Shown here piece by piece: positions 38,126-47,775 of a stretch of 64,000 nucleotides of DNA. Made by a program: the position numbers and the translations under genes. The stretch is from Candidatus Latescibacterota bacterium (GTDB lineage: Bacteria > Latescibacterota > UBA2968 > UBA8231), in contig CBDETK010000013.1 in assembly GCA_965242865.1 (NCBI GenBank), positions 4,736,001-4,800,000 of the forward strand. Reading direction: 5' to 3'. Each line of letters opens with the position of its first letter. Position 1 is the stretch's first letter. The notes beneath the pieces were generated by a model. The model did not search any database. It was not told the DNA's origin and worked only from the letters and a program-made list of their open reading frames with translations.

Positions 38126-39056
38126 ATGCTAGACGAACTTCGCAAAATCCGCTATGCCCGCTTCCGCTTGGACCTGACGGCGATTGACAGGTTGCGGTTG
38201 CCGCCCTACAAGGGATCGACCTTTCGGGGAGCCTTTGGCCATACCTTCAAGCGGCTGGTTTGCGTCAAGCGGGATCTGGACTGTGCGACCTGCCTGATCT
38301 GCGACCGGTGCGTGTATTACTACGTCTTTGAGACCCCGTTCAGTGGCGAGGGGGACGCCCGCGGCTATGCCTTCGCGCCGCATCCCTTTGTGGTGGAACC
38401 GCCGGAGGAGACGCGGGAAATCTACGAGCCGGGGGACGAGCTAAGGGTCGGGCTGGTGTTGGTGGGGCGGGCGCTGGACTACCTGCCTTATTTCATCTAC
38501 GCCTTTGAGGAAATGGGGCGTCGGGGGATGGGCGTCGGGCGCGGCCAAGCCGCCTTGCAGCGAGTTATGGCCGGCGGTCAGTGCATCTATCAGCCGGACA
38601 CTGGGCAACTGGAGCCAGACTATCCGGTCTGTGCTGGGCCGCCCGACGGCGAGGCGGTTGGAACGCGGCTGCGGCTGCGGCTACACACACCTATTCGCCT
38701 CAAAGCCGCGGGGCGTTACACCTCCCGACTCGACTTTGCTCTGCTGGTGCGGGCCTTGTTGCGGCGCACTTCGGATCTGGCCCGCCCACTGCGGGGCCGA
38801 GTTGGACTTGGACTATCGGTCGTGGATTGAGCGCGCGGCGGAGGTATCGGCCGTGGCGACGACCCTGCGCTGGCACGACTGGGAGCGGTATTCCCAGCGT
38901 CAGGAACAGAAAATGAAATTGGGCGGCTTAGTGGGCGAAGTGGAGTTTGCCGGCGAGTGGGCTCCGTTCTTGCCGCTGTTGCGGCTGGGGGCCGATCTAC
39001 ACGTGGGCAAGGGGACGGGTTTTGGGCTGGGACGCTACGAGATTTTGCGATCGTAG
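38126..39056 (+). pseudogene. cas6: cas6 with a frameshift near 38786
   Basis: N-half GSTFRGAFG, Cys cluster, PHPFV in one frame; C-half WHDWERYS and LHVGKGTGFGLG G-loop in another. Confidence 0.88.
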
Positions 39057-39082
39057 AAATTGGGAAAGGAGACCTAGCGGGT

Positions 39083-40279
39083 ATGAGGTCATTGAATCAA
39101 GACAGACTGGATGTAGTAGAGAAGACTCGTTCCAACGCCTTCAATTGGCGGGGTCAATTCACGCCCCAATTAGTAGATTACCTGCTCGAGGAGTTCGCTC
39201 CAGAGGCATCGGTGGTCGTCGACCCATTTTGTGGCTCTGGCACCGTGCTGCTCGAATCGGCATCGAGAGATCTGGCTGCTTATGGCGTCGAGTTGAATCC
39301 GGCCGCGTACACGATGGCGAAGTTTTCTACCCTATCGGCACTACCACTCAAACAGCGACGAGCGTTTTGCCGTGAGGTCGAAGCTCATATTGATCACACC
39401 GCAATGGAATTTGGCGATTTGCCTCTTTGGGGTTCCTCTCCGCACTTTCGCGAAAAGGCGCGTAGTCTTCTCGATTTTAGTCGTGCTCTACTCGACCGAT
39501 GTGAGACTAAGCGCCAGACTTTGCTGGCTACGCTCGTCCTTTTTGAAGCAGAGTCGGTACGCAGTGGGAATTTGATCGCTGCTGTTAGATTCAGCTTCCG
39601 AAAGCTGAGCGAGCAGTTGTTGGGCTTACCGTATTTCACTTTTGTGCCCCAAGTCTTTCTATGTGACGCAAGGATAGCAGACAAAATCGTAAGGGAGGAA
39701 TGCGATTTTTTGATTACAAGCCCTCCTTACATCAATGTTTTCAACTACCACCAGAATCATCGAGCTATCGTAGAACTACTGGGCTTCGATGTCTTGAGTG
39801 TAGCGAAAAGTGAAATCGGCTCAAATCGAAAAAATCGCGGAAATCGATTCAAAACGGTTGTTCAGTATGCCTTGGAAATGGAAAGCTGTCTCTATGCTTT
39901 CAACCAACTCTTAAAAGACGAGAGCTACGCCGCCCTCGTAGTAGGCCGTGAGTCGAATGTTCGCGGCATTCCATTCAAAAACGGCGAAATGGTCGCTAGG
40001 ATCGCCCAAGAAGGGGAGCTCTTTCATCTTGATTCATCGCATGAGCGTTCTTTCGTGAATCGCTTTGGAGCGAAGATCGTTGAAGATGTTCTCATCTTGA
40101 AGAAGCGTACCATTTCTACTGCCATCCCTAGCAACGTGGGTAGAACAGTTGCGGAAGATGCCCTTAGAGCTGGATTGCACGTTGCCGAAGCCGATGTGGC
40201 CTCCGATATTGGGGCGGCCCTAGCAGAAATCGACAAAATTGCAGAATCGCCTCTACTTGAGCGAACACCTATTCTATGA
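39083..40279 (+). CDS. Amino (probably N4-cytosine) DNA methyltransferase
   Basis: DPFCGSGT motif I precedes TSPPY motif IV; AAGGAG RBS. Confidence 0.88.
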   Translation: MRSLNQDRLDVVEKTRSNAFNWRGQFTPQLVDYLLEEFAPEASVVVDPFCGSGTVLLESASRDLAAYGVELNPAAYTMAKFSTLSALPLKQRRAFCREVEAHIDHTAMEFGDLPLWGSSPHFREKARSLLDFSRALLDRCETKRQTLLATLVLFEAESVRSGNLIAAVRFSFRKLSEQLLGLPYFTFVPQVFLCDARIADKIVREECDFLITSPPYINVFNYHQNHRAIVELLGFDVLSVAKSEIGSNRKNRGNRFKTVVQYALEMESCLYAFNQLLKDESYAALVVGRESNVRGIPFKNGEMVARIAQEGELFHLDSSHERSFVNRFGAKIVEDVLILKKRTISTAIPSNVGRTVAEDALRAGLHVAEADVASDIGAALAEIDKIAESPLLERTPIL

Positions 40280-40282
40280 CTT

Positions 40283-41182
40283 ATGGATAAAACGCCCCAC
40301 AAAGAGAAGCTCACTGCGGCACTCCACAATCCAAAATGCAGTACCGAGGATCGATCTCTGCTCACAGAGATACTTCGATATTACGAGCAATGGATTTCGG
40401 CCATGCGGGAACTCACCGCGCAAGGCTCGGATCGCGTCAGACAGATGACAGGACTCTTAAACGAATACAAAGACAGGCTTGAGGTTGATTTTATTGCAAA
40501 AGAAGGCTCGCCATTTATCAAGCGTCAAAAGGGCCAACTAAAGATAGACAACTCCGTCTTAGAGGAGTTTTTAATCCACCTAGTGCATCCAGCGATTATT
40601 TCAGGGTTGCCGGATGACGATCTCGCACTTACCATAGGACCAACACGTGTATTTATGTCGCTGTCGTTTAATCCGCGAAATCTCGCTGCACTAGCAGAGA
40701 AACCAAACGTCGCCATTAAGACAAAAGACCAAGACTTCATCATTGGGAAAGAGATCTATTACAAGTTTTCACCAGATTTGAACTTCCCGGCGACAACAAC
40801 TGCCGCTGGAACTATTCCGCTAGCTATTCTCGCGGCAGAGTGTAAGATGAACTTGGACAAGACCATGTTTCAGGAAGCATCTGGAACAGCCGCTCGCCTC
40901 AAGCAAGGATGTCCATACGCGCAATACTATGTCCTGAACGAATATCTCGATATGTCACCAGAAGACTGTCGCCTTACTGCGGTCGATAATGTGTATTTGC
41001 TGCGTCATGCCAAGAGACTTCCCACTGATAAGCGGAATGACTACGATGAGATTCGCCGGCAACGTGAAAAACACCCGATAGATCCCAATGTAATACTTAA
41101 ATTTGTGGAAAATCTCGAAGCTTTTGTGAACGCTGTTTGGTATGATCCTGAAGCGGTGCTGGAGCGTGGCTCATTCGTCTAG
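40283..41182 (+). CDS. Type II restriction endonuclease, Bpu10I-like
   Basis: RQKGQLKIDNSVLEEF, KDQDF, AECK.NLDKTMFQEA; adjacent to the methyltransferase. Confidence 0.75.
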   Translation: MDKTPHKEKLTAALHNPKCSTEDRSLLTEILRYYEQWISAMRELTAQGSDRVRQMTGLLNEYKDRLEVDFIAKEGSPFIKRQKGQLKIDNSVLEEFLIHLVHPAIISGLPDDDLALTIGPTRVFMSLSFNPRNLAALAEKPNVAIKTKDQDFIIGKEIYYKFSPDLNFPATTTAAGTIPLAILAAECKMNLDKTMFQEASGTAARLKQGCPYAQYYVLNEYLDMSPEDCRLTAVDNVYLLRHAKRLPTDKRNDYDEIRRQREKHPIDPNVILKFVENLEAFVNAVWYDPEAVLERGSFV

Positions 41183-41193
41183 GGAGAAAATTT

Positions 41194-43527
41194 ATGGTAT
41201 CGAGAGACGCCTTGGTCGTCGGGGCTTTGCTGCACGACATAGGCAAATTTGAGTTCAGGACCGCGGACCGGCGGACGCGCCACTCCACTTACGGGGACTT
41301 TTTCGTCGGTGAGTACTTGAGCCGCTTCCGCTGTATGGAGCCAATTTTGGAGGAGGTCCGTCGGTTGGTGGCCCACCACCACGATTGGGAGGGGGATCCC
41401 TTTTTGCGGGAGGCCGATCATCTGGCCACGGCTGATCGGCAGGTAGATGGCAGCCCCGAGACCTTGCGGTCGCTGGTGAGCGTCCTGACCGCCGTGGACA
41501 TTGGGAAAGGTGCCCCACCGCAAGATGTGCATCGCTATGCTCCGGGGCCGGTGGATTTTGCCAATCCCTTTCCCGAACCCATCCCGGGCGTCGCGCCCGC
41601 CGAGTGGCAGCCCGACCGGGAGCAGGCGCGGGACGAGCATGACCGCGCTTGGCAGCAGTTTTGCGCCGAGGTTGAGGCCATGCCCGATGGCGACTTGACG
41701 AGTTGGATCGAGACGTTCTTGGCGGTGGCTCGCAAGCATCTGAGCCGCGTGGCTTCGGCGGCCTACAAATCGCATCCCGATATTTCGCTCTACGATCACG
41801 CCCGCTCGGTGGCCGCGATTGCGGTGTGCCTGCGCGAGGCCCCTCAGCAAGCCGAGCCTTTCTTATTGATCCAAGGGGATATCTCGGGCGTTCAGTCCTT
41901 TCTCTATAAACTGGCCAGCCCGGACGAGGCGAAAAACACGGCCAAACGCCTGCGCGGACGCTCCCTGTTCTTGGTGCTGTTGGCCGAGACCGCAGCGCGT
42001 TACTACATGTGCGCCTTGAATTTGCCGCCGACCAACCTGCTGTACTGTGGCGGTGGGCACTTTTCAATTTTAGCACCCCACACCGACGAAGTGACAGCCA
42101 AGCTGACCGAGGCCGAGAAGCGGGTCAACCGCTGGTTGATTAAGCAGCATCGCGGCGATCTGGCACTGGTGAGCGCGTCCACCCCGGCCGGTCGGGCGCT
42201 GATGGCCGATTTCGCCGGTTTGATGCAGCAGTCTGGCTACGCGCTCAATCGGGCCAAGCGGCAGAAATTTTGCGCTGTATTGGACGAGTCGCTGTTTGCG
42301 TTGCCAGACTACGAGGAGACAATGGACGTCTGCCCGGTGTGCCAAGCCGATTTCGTCAAAGGCACTGGAGATACTTGCCCGGCTTGTGAACGCCACGTGG
42401 AGACCGGACGCCGGATCGTCCAAGCCCAGTACTTGGTGCGGCTCGAAGGGGGCGATTTGGACCCAGCGAGCGATGAATTCGCCGCACTGGGCGCGGCCTA
42501 TAGATTAGCGGCAAACTGGACCGAGGTGGTCCAACACGTCGAGAATACTCGGGCGGAGCGCATGCACGTGGAACGGCTCAACGACAGTGGTTTTCTGACC
42601 GAGGAAGGCACGGCCCTCGGCAACCGATGCCCCGGGCTCAGCTTCGGGTTCCGGCCCCTCGGCCAGTACGCCCCGCGCGACGAGCAAGAGGGAGGGCCGC
42701 TGGACTTTGAGCACTTGGCCAAGCGGAACGCCGCCAATTACCCGCTGTTGGGGGTCGTGCGCCTCGATGTGGATGCGCTGGGCGCGGTATTCGCGTTGGG
42801 GTTGGGCGAGAAGCGGTCGCTGTCGCGCACGGCCACCCTAAGCCGCGAATTGGAGACCTTTTTCTCCGGCTACGTCAACACGTTGGCCGAAAAGCACGCT
42901 ATGTACATCACCTACGCCGGGGGCGACGACCTGTTCGCCGTAGGCTCTTGGATCAACGCCCTCGAATTTAGCCGCGCCCTGCGGCGGGCCTTTGGCTGCT
43001 TTAGCGGCGGCAATCCCAATCTGACCTTTTCGGGGGGCCTGCTCTTTTGCAAGCCGGATTTCCCCATCGGGCGGGCGGCCGAAGCGGCCGGCGAACTGGA
43101 GAAGCGGGCCAAGGATTTCTCAGGCAAAAACGCCCTCTGTCTATTTGACGAAGAGGTCTCATGGGACCGGCTCGACGAGTTGCTCGCCTTTGGCGACGAC
43201 CTGCTATACTTGGTGACCGAGGCGAAACCGGATGACCGCTTGCCCCGTTCATTTGTTCATCGTCTGTTGAACTTGGAAACTGAGCGACGGGCCGCGCACA
43301 AGGCGGGAAAATTGCACGCCGAGATAAAGACGCAGATGCAGCTCAAGTACATGGTAGCCCGACGCGGGGCCACCAGCGAGGCGATCCATGCCCCTGAAGA
43401 AATGGCGGCGGACCGCCGCAAAATAGGGGCCTTGGGACAGCTTGTTTGCGAGCCGAAACTGATGCGCCAGATCGCCGTGCCGGCGTCTTACGTGCTGTAC
43501 AAGACGCGCAACCTCAACAAGGAATAG
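41194..43527 (+). CDS. cas10: Type III-A Cas10/Csm1 (HD + palm domains)
   Basis: ALLHDIGK, DISLYDH, GDISGVQSF, LRGRS, CPVC..C..C, YAGGDDL. Confidence 0.95.
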   Translation: MVSRDALVVGALLHDIGKFEFRTADRRTRHSTYGDFFVGEYLSRFRCMEPILEEVRRLVAHHHDWEGDPFLREADHLATADRQVDGSPETLRSLVSVLTAVDIGKGAPPQDVHRYAPGPVDFANPFPEPIPGVAPAEWQPDREQARDEHDRAWQQFCAEVEAMPDGDLTSWIETFLAVARKHLSRVASAAYKSHPDISLYDHARSVAAIAVCLREAPQQAEPFLLIQGDISGVQSFLYKLASPDEAKNTAKRLRGRSLFLVLLAETAARYYMCALNLPPTNLLYCGGGHFSILAPHTDEVTAKLTEAEKRVNRWLIKQHRGDLALVSASTPAGRALMADFAGLMQQSGYALNRAKRQKFCAVLDESLFALPDYEETMDVCPVCQADFVKGTGDTCPACERHVETGRRIVQAQYLVRLEGGDLDPASDEFAALGAAYRLAANWTEVVQHVENTRAERMHVERLNDSGFLTEEGTALGNRCPGLSFGFRPLGQYAPRDEQEGGPLDFEHLAKRNAANYPLLGVVRLDVDALGAVFALGLGEKRSLSRTATLSRELETFFSGYVNTLAEKHAMYITYAGGDDLFAVGSWINALEFSRALRRAFGCFSGGNPNLTFSGGLLFCKPDFPIGRAAEAAGELEKRAKDFSGKNALCLFDEEVSWDRLDELLAFGDDLLYLVTEAKPDDRLPRSFVHRLLNLETERRAAHKAGKLHAEIKTQMQLKYMVARRGATSEAIHAPEEMAADRRKIGALGQLVCEPKLMRQIAVPASYVLYKTRNLNKE

Positions 43528-43536
43528 GAGACCATT

Positions 43537-43989
43537 ATGGCTAACGAACGCAGAGGATCCGACCGCCGGCGGGACCAGCCCACCCGGACGCACGAACCGC
43601 CCATTGATTTGAACGCCATCACCGCCAAGGAATTGGACCGCCGGGGTGAGGAATGGGGCAAGAGGCTGGCGAGGGAAGTTAAGACCAACCAGATCCGCAA
43701 TATCTACGGAGCGGTCCAGCACATCCGCGTCCGCGCCAGTCGGCCCCAGCCCGATACGGCGGACATCAACCGCCGCCTGATCTTCCTCAAGCCGAAACTG
43801 GCTTACGCCAGCGGCCGGCAGGGTGCGCTGAAACCCCTGCGGAATTTCTTGGTGCAGGCGATTGACAGCGTAGTGAAAAACTCCGACCCGAAAAAGCCGG
43901 AAAAAGCCGAAAAAGCGCGGGAGAACTTTTTCTTTTTGATGGAATCCATCGTGGCCTACCACAAATTCTACGGCGGCAAAGATTCATAA
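43537..43989 (+). CDS. csm2: Csm2 small subunit
   Basis: TNQIRNIY, LKPKLAYASGR, ESIVAYHKFYGG. Confidence 0.93.
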   Translation: MANERRGSDRRRDQPTRTHEPPIDLNAITAKELDRRGEEWGKRLAREVKTNQIRNIYGAVQHIRVRASRPQPDTADINRRLIFLKPKLAYASGRQGALKPLRNFLVQAIDSVVKNSDPKKPEKAEKARENFFFLMESIVAYHKFYGGKDS

Positions 43990-44010
43990 CCAGAGGAGGA
44001 CGCTACCATC

Positions 44011-44793
44011 ATGGCCCAATTCATCGGCAACATCATCGTGCGCGGCAAAATCGAGTGCCTCACCGGCCTGCACATCGGCGCGGGCAAAGACTCCGCGGAA
44101 ATCGGCGGGGTCGATAGCCCGGTGGTGCGCGATCCTCATAGTCGCCGGCCCTACATCCCCGGTTCGTCGCTCAAGGGCAAGATGCGCTCCATGCTGGAGT
44201 TTGCCACCGGCAAGGCGAAGGGTGGGAAGGAACACACCTGCGACAAGGCTGACTGCGAAGTGTGTCGGCCTTTCGGGGCGGCCGCAGAGGAGCGCAAATG
44301 CGGCCCGACGCGGCTGCTAGTGCGGGACGCCTATCCCGACGCGGCAACCGTGGAAATGTGGGGGAAGCTGAACTCGGACCTGCCCGACGCGGAAATAAAG
44401 TCGGAGAACTTCCTCGACCGCATCACCTCGGCGGCCAATCCCCGCTTCATCGAGCGGGTGGTCAAGGGATCGCGCTTCAACTTGGAAATGATCTACGGGG
44501 TCTATCGGGTGGACGGAGTAAACGACCTCGACTTTTTCGCTCATGTAGAGACTGCGCTACGCCTGCTCGAAGACGGGACTTTGGGCGGCAACGGCAGCCG
44601 CGGCTACGGCCAGATACGCCTGAAGCTGGCCGCGCCTGTTTTCTTGGACCGGCAGGACTACCGCGGGGGCAGCGACAAGTGGAAGCGAGCCAGACAGTGG
44701 CCCGAAGAAGAAGCCTTTTCGCTGGGCATGGGCGATTTCAAGCTGGACCGGGGGGATGCTACCTGCCAAGCATGGGATAAAGCCCTCGCATGA
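44011..44793 (+). CDS. csm3: Csm3 (Cas7 RAMP)
   Basis: TGLHIG, IGGVDSPVVRD, YIPGSSLKGK.RS, LGGNGSRGYG. Confidence 0.95.
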   Translation: MAQFIGNIIVRGKIECLTGLHIGAGKDSAEIGGVDSPVVRDPHSRRPYIPGSSLKGKMRSMLEFATGKAKGGKEHTCDKADCEVCRPFGAAAEERKCGPTRLLVRDAYPDAATVEMWGKLNSDLPDAEIKSENFLDRITSAANPRFIERVVKGSRFNLEMIYGVYRVDGVNDLDFFAHVETALRLLEDGTLGGNGSRGYGQIRLKLAAPVFLDRQDYRGGSDKWKRARQWPEEEAFSLGMGDFKLDRGDATCQAWDKALA

Positions 44794-45740
44794 AAGCGAT
44801 CTACTTGGAATCCCGAGGGGCCTACCGCAACGAGCTGCATTCGGACACCCTGTTCGGGCTGATCTGCTGGGCGATTCGCGAGGTCTTTTCCGAGGCGCGG
44901 TTGGTGGAACTGCTCGAAGCCTTTGCCGCGGGCCAGCCTCCCTTCCTGATCAGCTCGGCCTTTCCCCTCGCCCAAGACGGGAAGCCCTTTTTGCCGCGTC
45001 CCCAGCTCCAGCCGCCCCAGCCGGTGGGCGAACAAGAAGAAGCGCAGCGGCTCAAACGGTACAAGCGTCTCCGCTACATTCCCGCCGAGCACTTCAACCA
45101 GTTTGTGCAGGGCGGCTATTCCGAGCGTTCGTACTATGCGTCCGGCGACTGGGAAGACTTGAAAGCACCGGTTCCCCAGCGCACTGACCGCTTGCGTAGC
45201 ACCATTGACCGCTTGAGCGGCACCACGGATGGCGAGGGCACCCTATTCGCCGGGACTGAATACCGGGCCGGTAGCGGCCTCTACTTCCTCCTCGACGGGG
45301 CCGAGGCCGAGCTGGTGGAAAACGCGCTCCGTTTTTTAGAGGACTTCGGCTGGGGCGGCGGCAATAGCGTGGGCTATGGCCACTTTGCCGCGACGGTGGG
45401 TGAGAGTCCGCTTGGGGAGCCGGTAGCCGCGCCGGACCGCTTTGTCACCCTGTCCCTGTACCATCCCCGACCCGAGGAACTGACGCATTTTCGCACGGGC
45501 GAGGCGTGGTATGAGTTGACGGTGCGCAAGGGCAAGGTGGGCGGCCATTTCCTAGCGGCGGGCGACTTCTGGAAGCGGTCGGTATTGATGTTCGCGCCCG
45601 GATCGACCTTTTCAGCCATGGCGGAACAGCAAGTGTACGGACGCAATCCCATCGTCAAAGGGCGGCAGGATGGGTTGCCTTTTGATGTGCAGCAGTTCGG
45701 CTATGCTTTTGCCGTCGGGATGAGGGTGGCTAGGGAGTAG
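44790..45740 (+). CDS. csm4: Csm4 (Cas5 RAMP)
   Basis: HSDTLFG, ISSAFP, GGGNSVGYGHF, MFAPGS.F. Confidence 0.92.
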   Translation: MKAIYLESRGAYRNELHSDTLFGLICWAIREVFSEARLVELLEAFAAGQPPFLISSAFPLAQDGKPFLPRPQLQPPQPVGEQEEAQRLKRYKRLRYIPAEHFNQFVQGGYSERSYYASGDWEDLKAPVPQRTDRLRSTIDRLSGTTDGEGTLFAGTEYRAGSGLYFLLDGAEAELVENALRFLEDFGWGGGNSVGYGHFAATVGESPLGEPVAAPDRFVTLSLYHPRPEELTHFRTGEAWYELTVRKGKVGGHFLAAGDFWKRSVLMFAPGSTFSAMAEQQVYGRNPIVKGRQDGLPFDVQQFGYAFAVGMRVARE

Positions 45741-46010
45741 AATTGCCGCTATGCGCTATAAGGGGGACGGCACGGGGGCCGTCCCTTACAGCATTTTGCG
45801 TTGGTGTGGAGCGGTCGCTGTACGGGACGGCATGGAGGCCGTCTCGCACAGCACTTTGTCGTCAGGTATGAAGTGGCCGCTGTACGGGATGGCCCCCGTG
45901 CCATCCCGTACCCAATCACCAATCCAATCAGAAAACGGAGGCAAAAAAATGCCGCTGTACGGGACGGCCCCCGTGCCGTCCCGTACAGCATGAGGCTGGC
46001 TAGGGAGTAG
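45720..46010. repeat. REP-like cluster flanked by a 21-bp direct repeat
   Basis: Four to five GGGACGGC..GTGCCGTCCC-type palindromes; ATGAGG(G/C)TGGCTAGGGAGTAG at 45720-45740 and 45990-46010. Confidence 0.85.
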
Positions 46011-46013
46011 GAT

Positions 46014-47756
46014 ATGGAACGGATTGCACAGTGTCTGTCGCCGGTACACATCGGGACGGGTACGGATATTGACCCTTTTGACTATATCGTCGATGGGCCG
46101 CGCTATATTCGCATTGACCTCGACGCGGTACTCGAACAGATGACGCCCGAACAGGCCGATGCGCTGGCTAGTTGGCTCAGCGAGCGGGCCGACCGGATCG
46201 TAGAAGCGAGCGGGGGCCAACGCGACGATATCCGGCGGGAGATGCAGCTATTGAATTTCCCTGGGGCCGACGCCGCGTTGAAAGAGGCCCTCCGCAAGGA
46301 TGCGGCCCTGAGACGCTACTGCGGCGACCGGGGTTTTGGGCGCAACTTGCAGGTGCGCGAGCAGATCAAGGACGCGGATGAGACGCCCTGCATTCCGGGC
46401 AGTTCGCTCAAGGGTGCCCTGCGCACGGCCCTCGCTTTTGTCGCGTTGGAAGAAATGGGGCCGGACGAGCGGCAGACGGTGGGGCGGCGGCTCGAACAGA
46501 AGGTGCAGCAGGTCGAAGCGGCAGAGGCGCGGGGATGGCAACGGGACCTCCGCCGCCTGCAAGAATCCATCGGCCAAGAAATAGAACAGGCCGTCTTTCG
46601 CTGCGGCAAGAAGCAGCGAGATGGACGGGTTAGCTACGGCGACATCCACTACGACTTGATGCGGGCCGTTTCAATATCGGACACCTACAATGCCCAAGCG
46701 GAATTGATCGTGCCGCAGATATACACCTTTGTCGAGCAGCGCAACAAAGATGGAAGGACCCGGCTGGACTCCCAAGCCCCGCTCATTGCCGAGGCGCACG
46801 CGCCGGGCAATACCTTCCGCCTGCGGTTGCAAGTCAACGGTGCGCTCCTGCGGGCGGCGAGCCACAACCGGAGCAATAACGAGTGGATCGACTTTGATCG
46901 ACAGGTGCAACGGGCCTTTGGTCCCGAGGTGGCGCGGCTGTTGCCAAACGCTTCGGGCGAGCAAATTGAGCAGGCCGTGATCGCCCGGATTGAAGCGGCG
47001 GCCCGACGCTTTGCCCAAGCGGTTGTGGCGGCCGAACAGGGCTGGACGGACGCGCACGGACACGGTTCGACCGACGCCCTAAAGGACTTTTACAACCGGC
47101 TGGGTGGTCTGATCGGGGAAGGACAGGTGCCGTTGCGGCTGGGCTGGGGCAGCCACTTCATGGCTACTACGCTGCTGCTGGTGCTGAAGGAGGATGCGAG
47201 TTGGCGGCCTCTACTGGAGCGGTGCTTCCGGGCGTTTAAGTTGGGCCTTCCGCCGCGCAAAGGACCAAGCAAAAGACCGTACGCGATTGATCTCGACGAT
47301 TTCCCCCGCTCTCGCCGACTCGTTGCGTCCGGCAAACGGCCAATCGCGCCGCTGGGCTGGATCGCATTGGTGCCGACGGGCGAGGCGTTGCCCGGAGCAC
47401 TGGTGGAAAAGGAGCGGCTGCTCGCCCGAACTCAGGCGGAGGAACCGAGGCGGGCGAGCCGGTCCCAAGGCCGCGAGCCCCGATCGACGCCGCGCCCCGA
47501 ACGGCCTCTCCAGCCGATAAAAATTCCCAAGCCGGCCCCGAAACCGCCGCCCCGCAAAGGGCCTCAGCCGGGCGACCGCGTCAACGTGGAAATTGTGGCC
47601 AACGACAACGCTCAGGTCGTGGTAAAGGTGCTGGACAATCAGGGCGAAGAGGTGCGGTTTCGGCAGAGCTACTACCCGGGGCGGCCCGGAACGAGGAAGA
47701 AGATGAAGGTCAGGAAGGTGGACGCCCAAGGCCGGATAACGCAGGTGGCCCCTTGA
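46014..47756 (+). CDS. csm5: Csm5 RAMP with C-terminal extension
   Basis: LSPVHIGTG, IPGSSLKGALRTAL, LRLGWGS, PLGW. Confidence 0.9.
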   Translation: MERIAQCLSPVHIGTGTDIDPFDYIVDGPRYIRIDLDAVLEQMTPEQADALASWLSERADRIVEASGGQRDDIRREMQLLNFPGADAALKEALRKDAALRRYCGDRGFGRNLQVREQIKDADETPCIPGSSLKGALRTALAFVALEEMGPDERQTVGRRLEQKVQQVEAAEARGWQRDLRRLQESIGQEIEQAVFRCGKKQRDGRVSYGDIHYDLMRAVSISDTYNAQAELIVPQIYTFVEQRNKDGRTRLDSQAPLIAEAHAPGNTFRLRLQVNGALLRAASHNRSNNEWIDFDRQVQRAFGPEVARLLPNASGEQIEQAVIARIEAAARRFAQAVVAAEQGWTDAHGHGSTDALKDFYNRLGGLIGEGQVPLRLGWGSHFMATTLLLVLKEDASWRPLLERCFRAFKLGLPPRKGPSKRPYAIDLDDFPRSRRLVASGKRPIAPLGWIALVPTGEALPGALVEKERLLARTQAEEPRRASRSQGREPRSTPRPERPLQPIKIPKPAPKPPPRKGPQPGDRVNVEIVANDNAQVVVKVLDNQGEEVRFRQSYYPGRPGTRKKMKVRKVDAQGRITQVAP

Positions 47757-47775
47757 TCGGCCAAAGGAGATACTC

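Larger units (their letters stand above)
34083..38275. repeat. 214-bp direct duplication (34083-34296 and 38062-38275) of the ATPase 3' end and cas6 5' end
   Basis: Constant offset of 3979 bp; about 3 mismatches seen. Confidence 0.95.
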
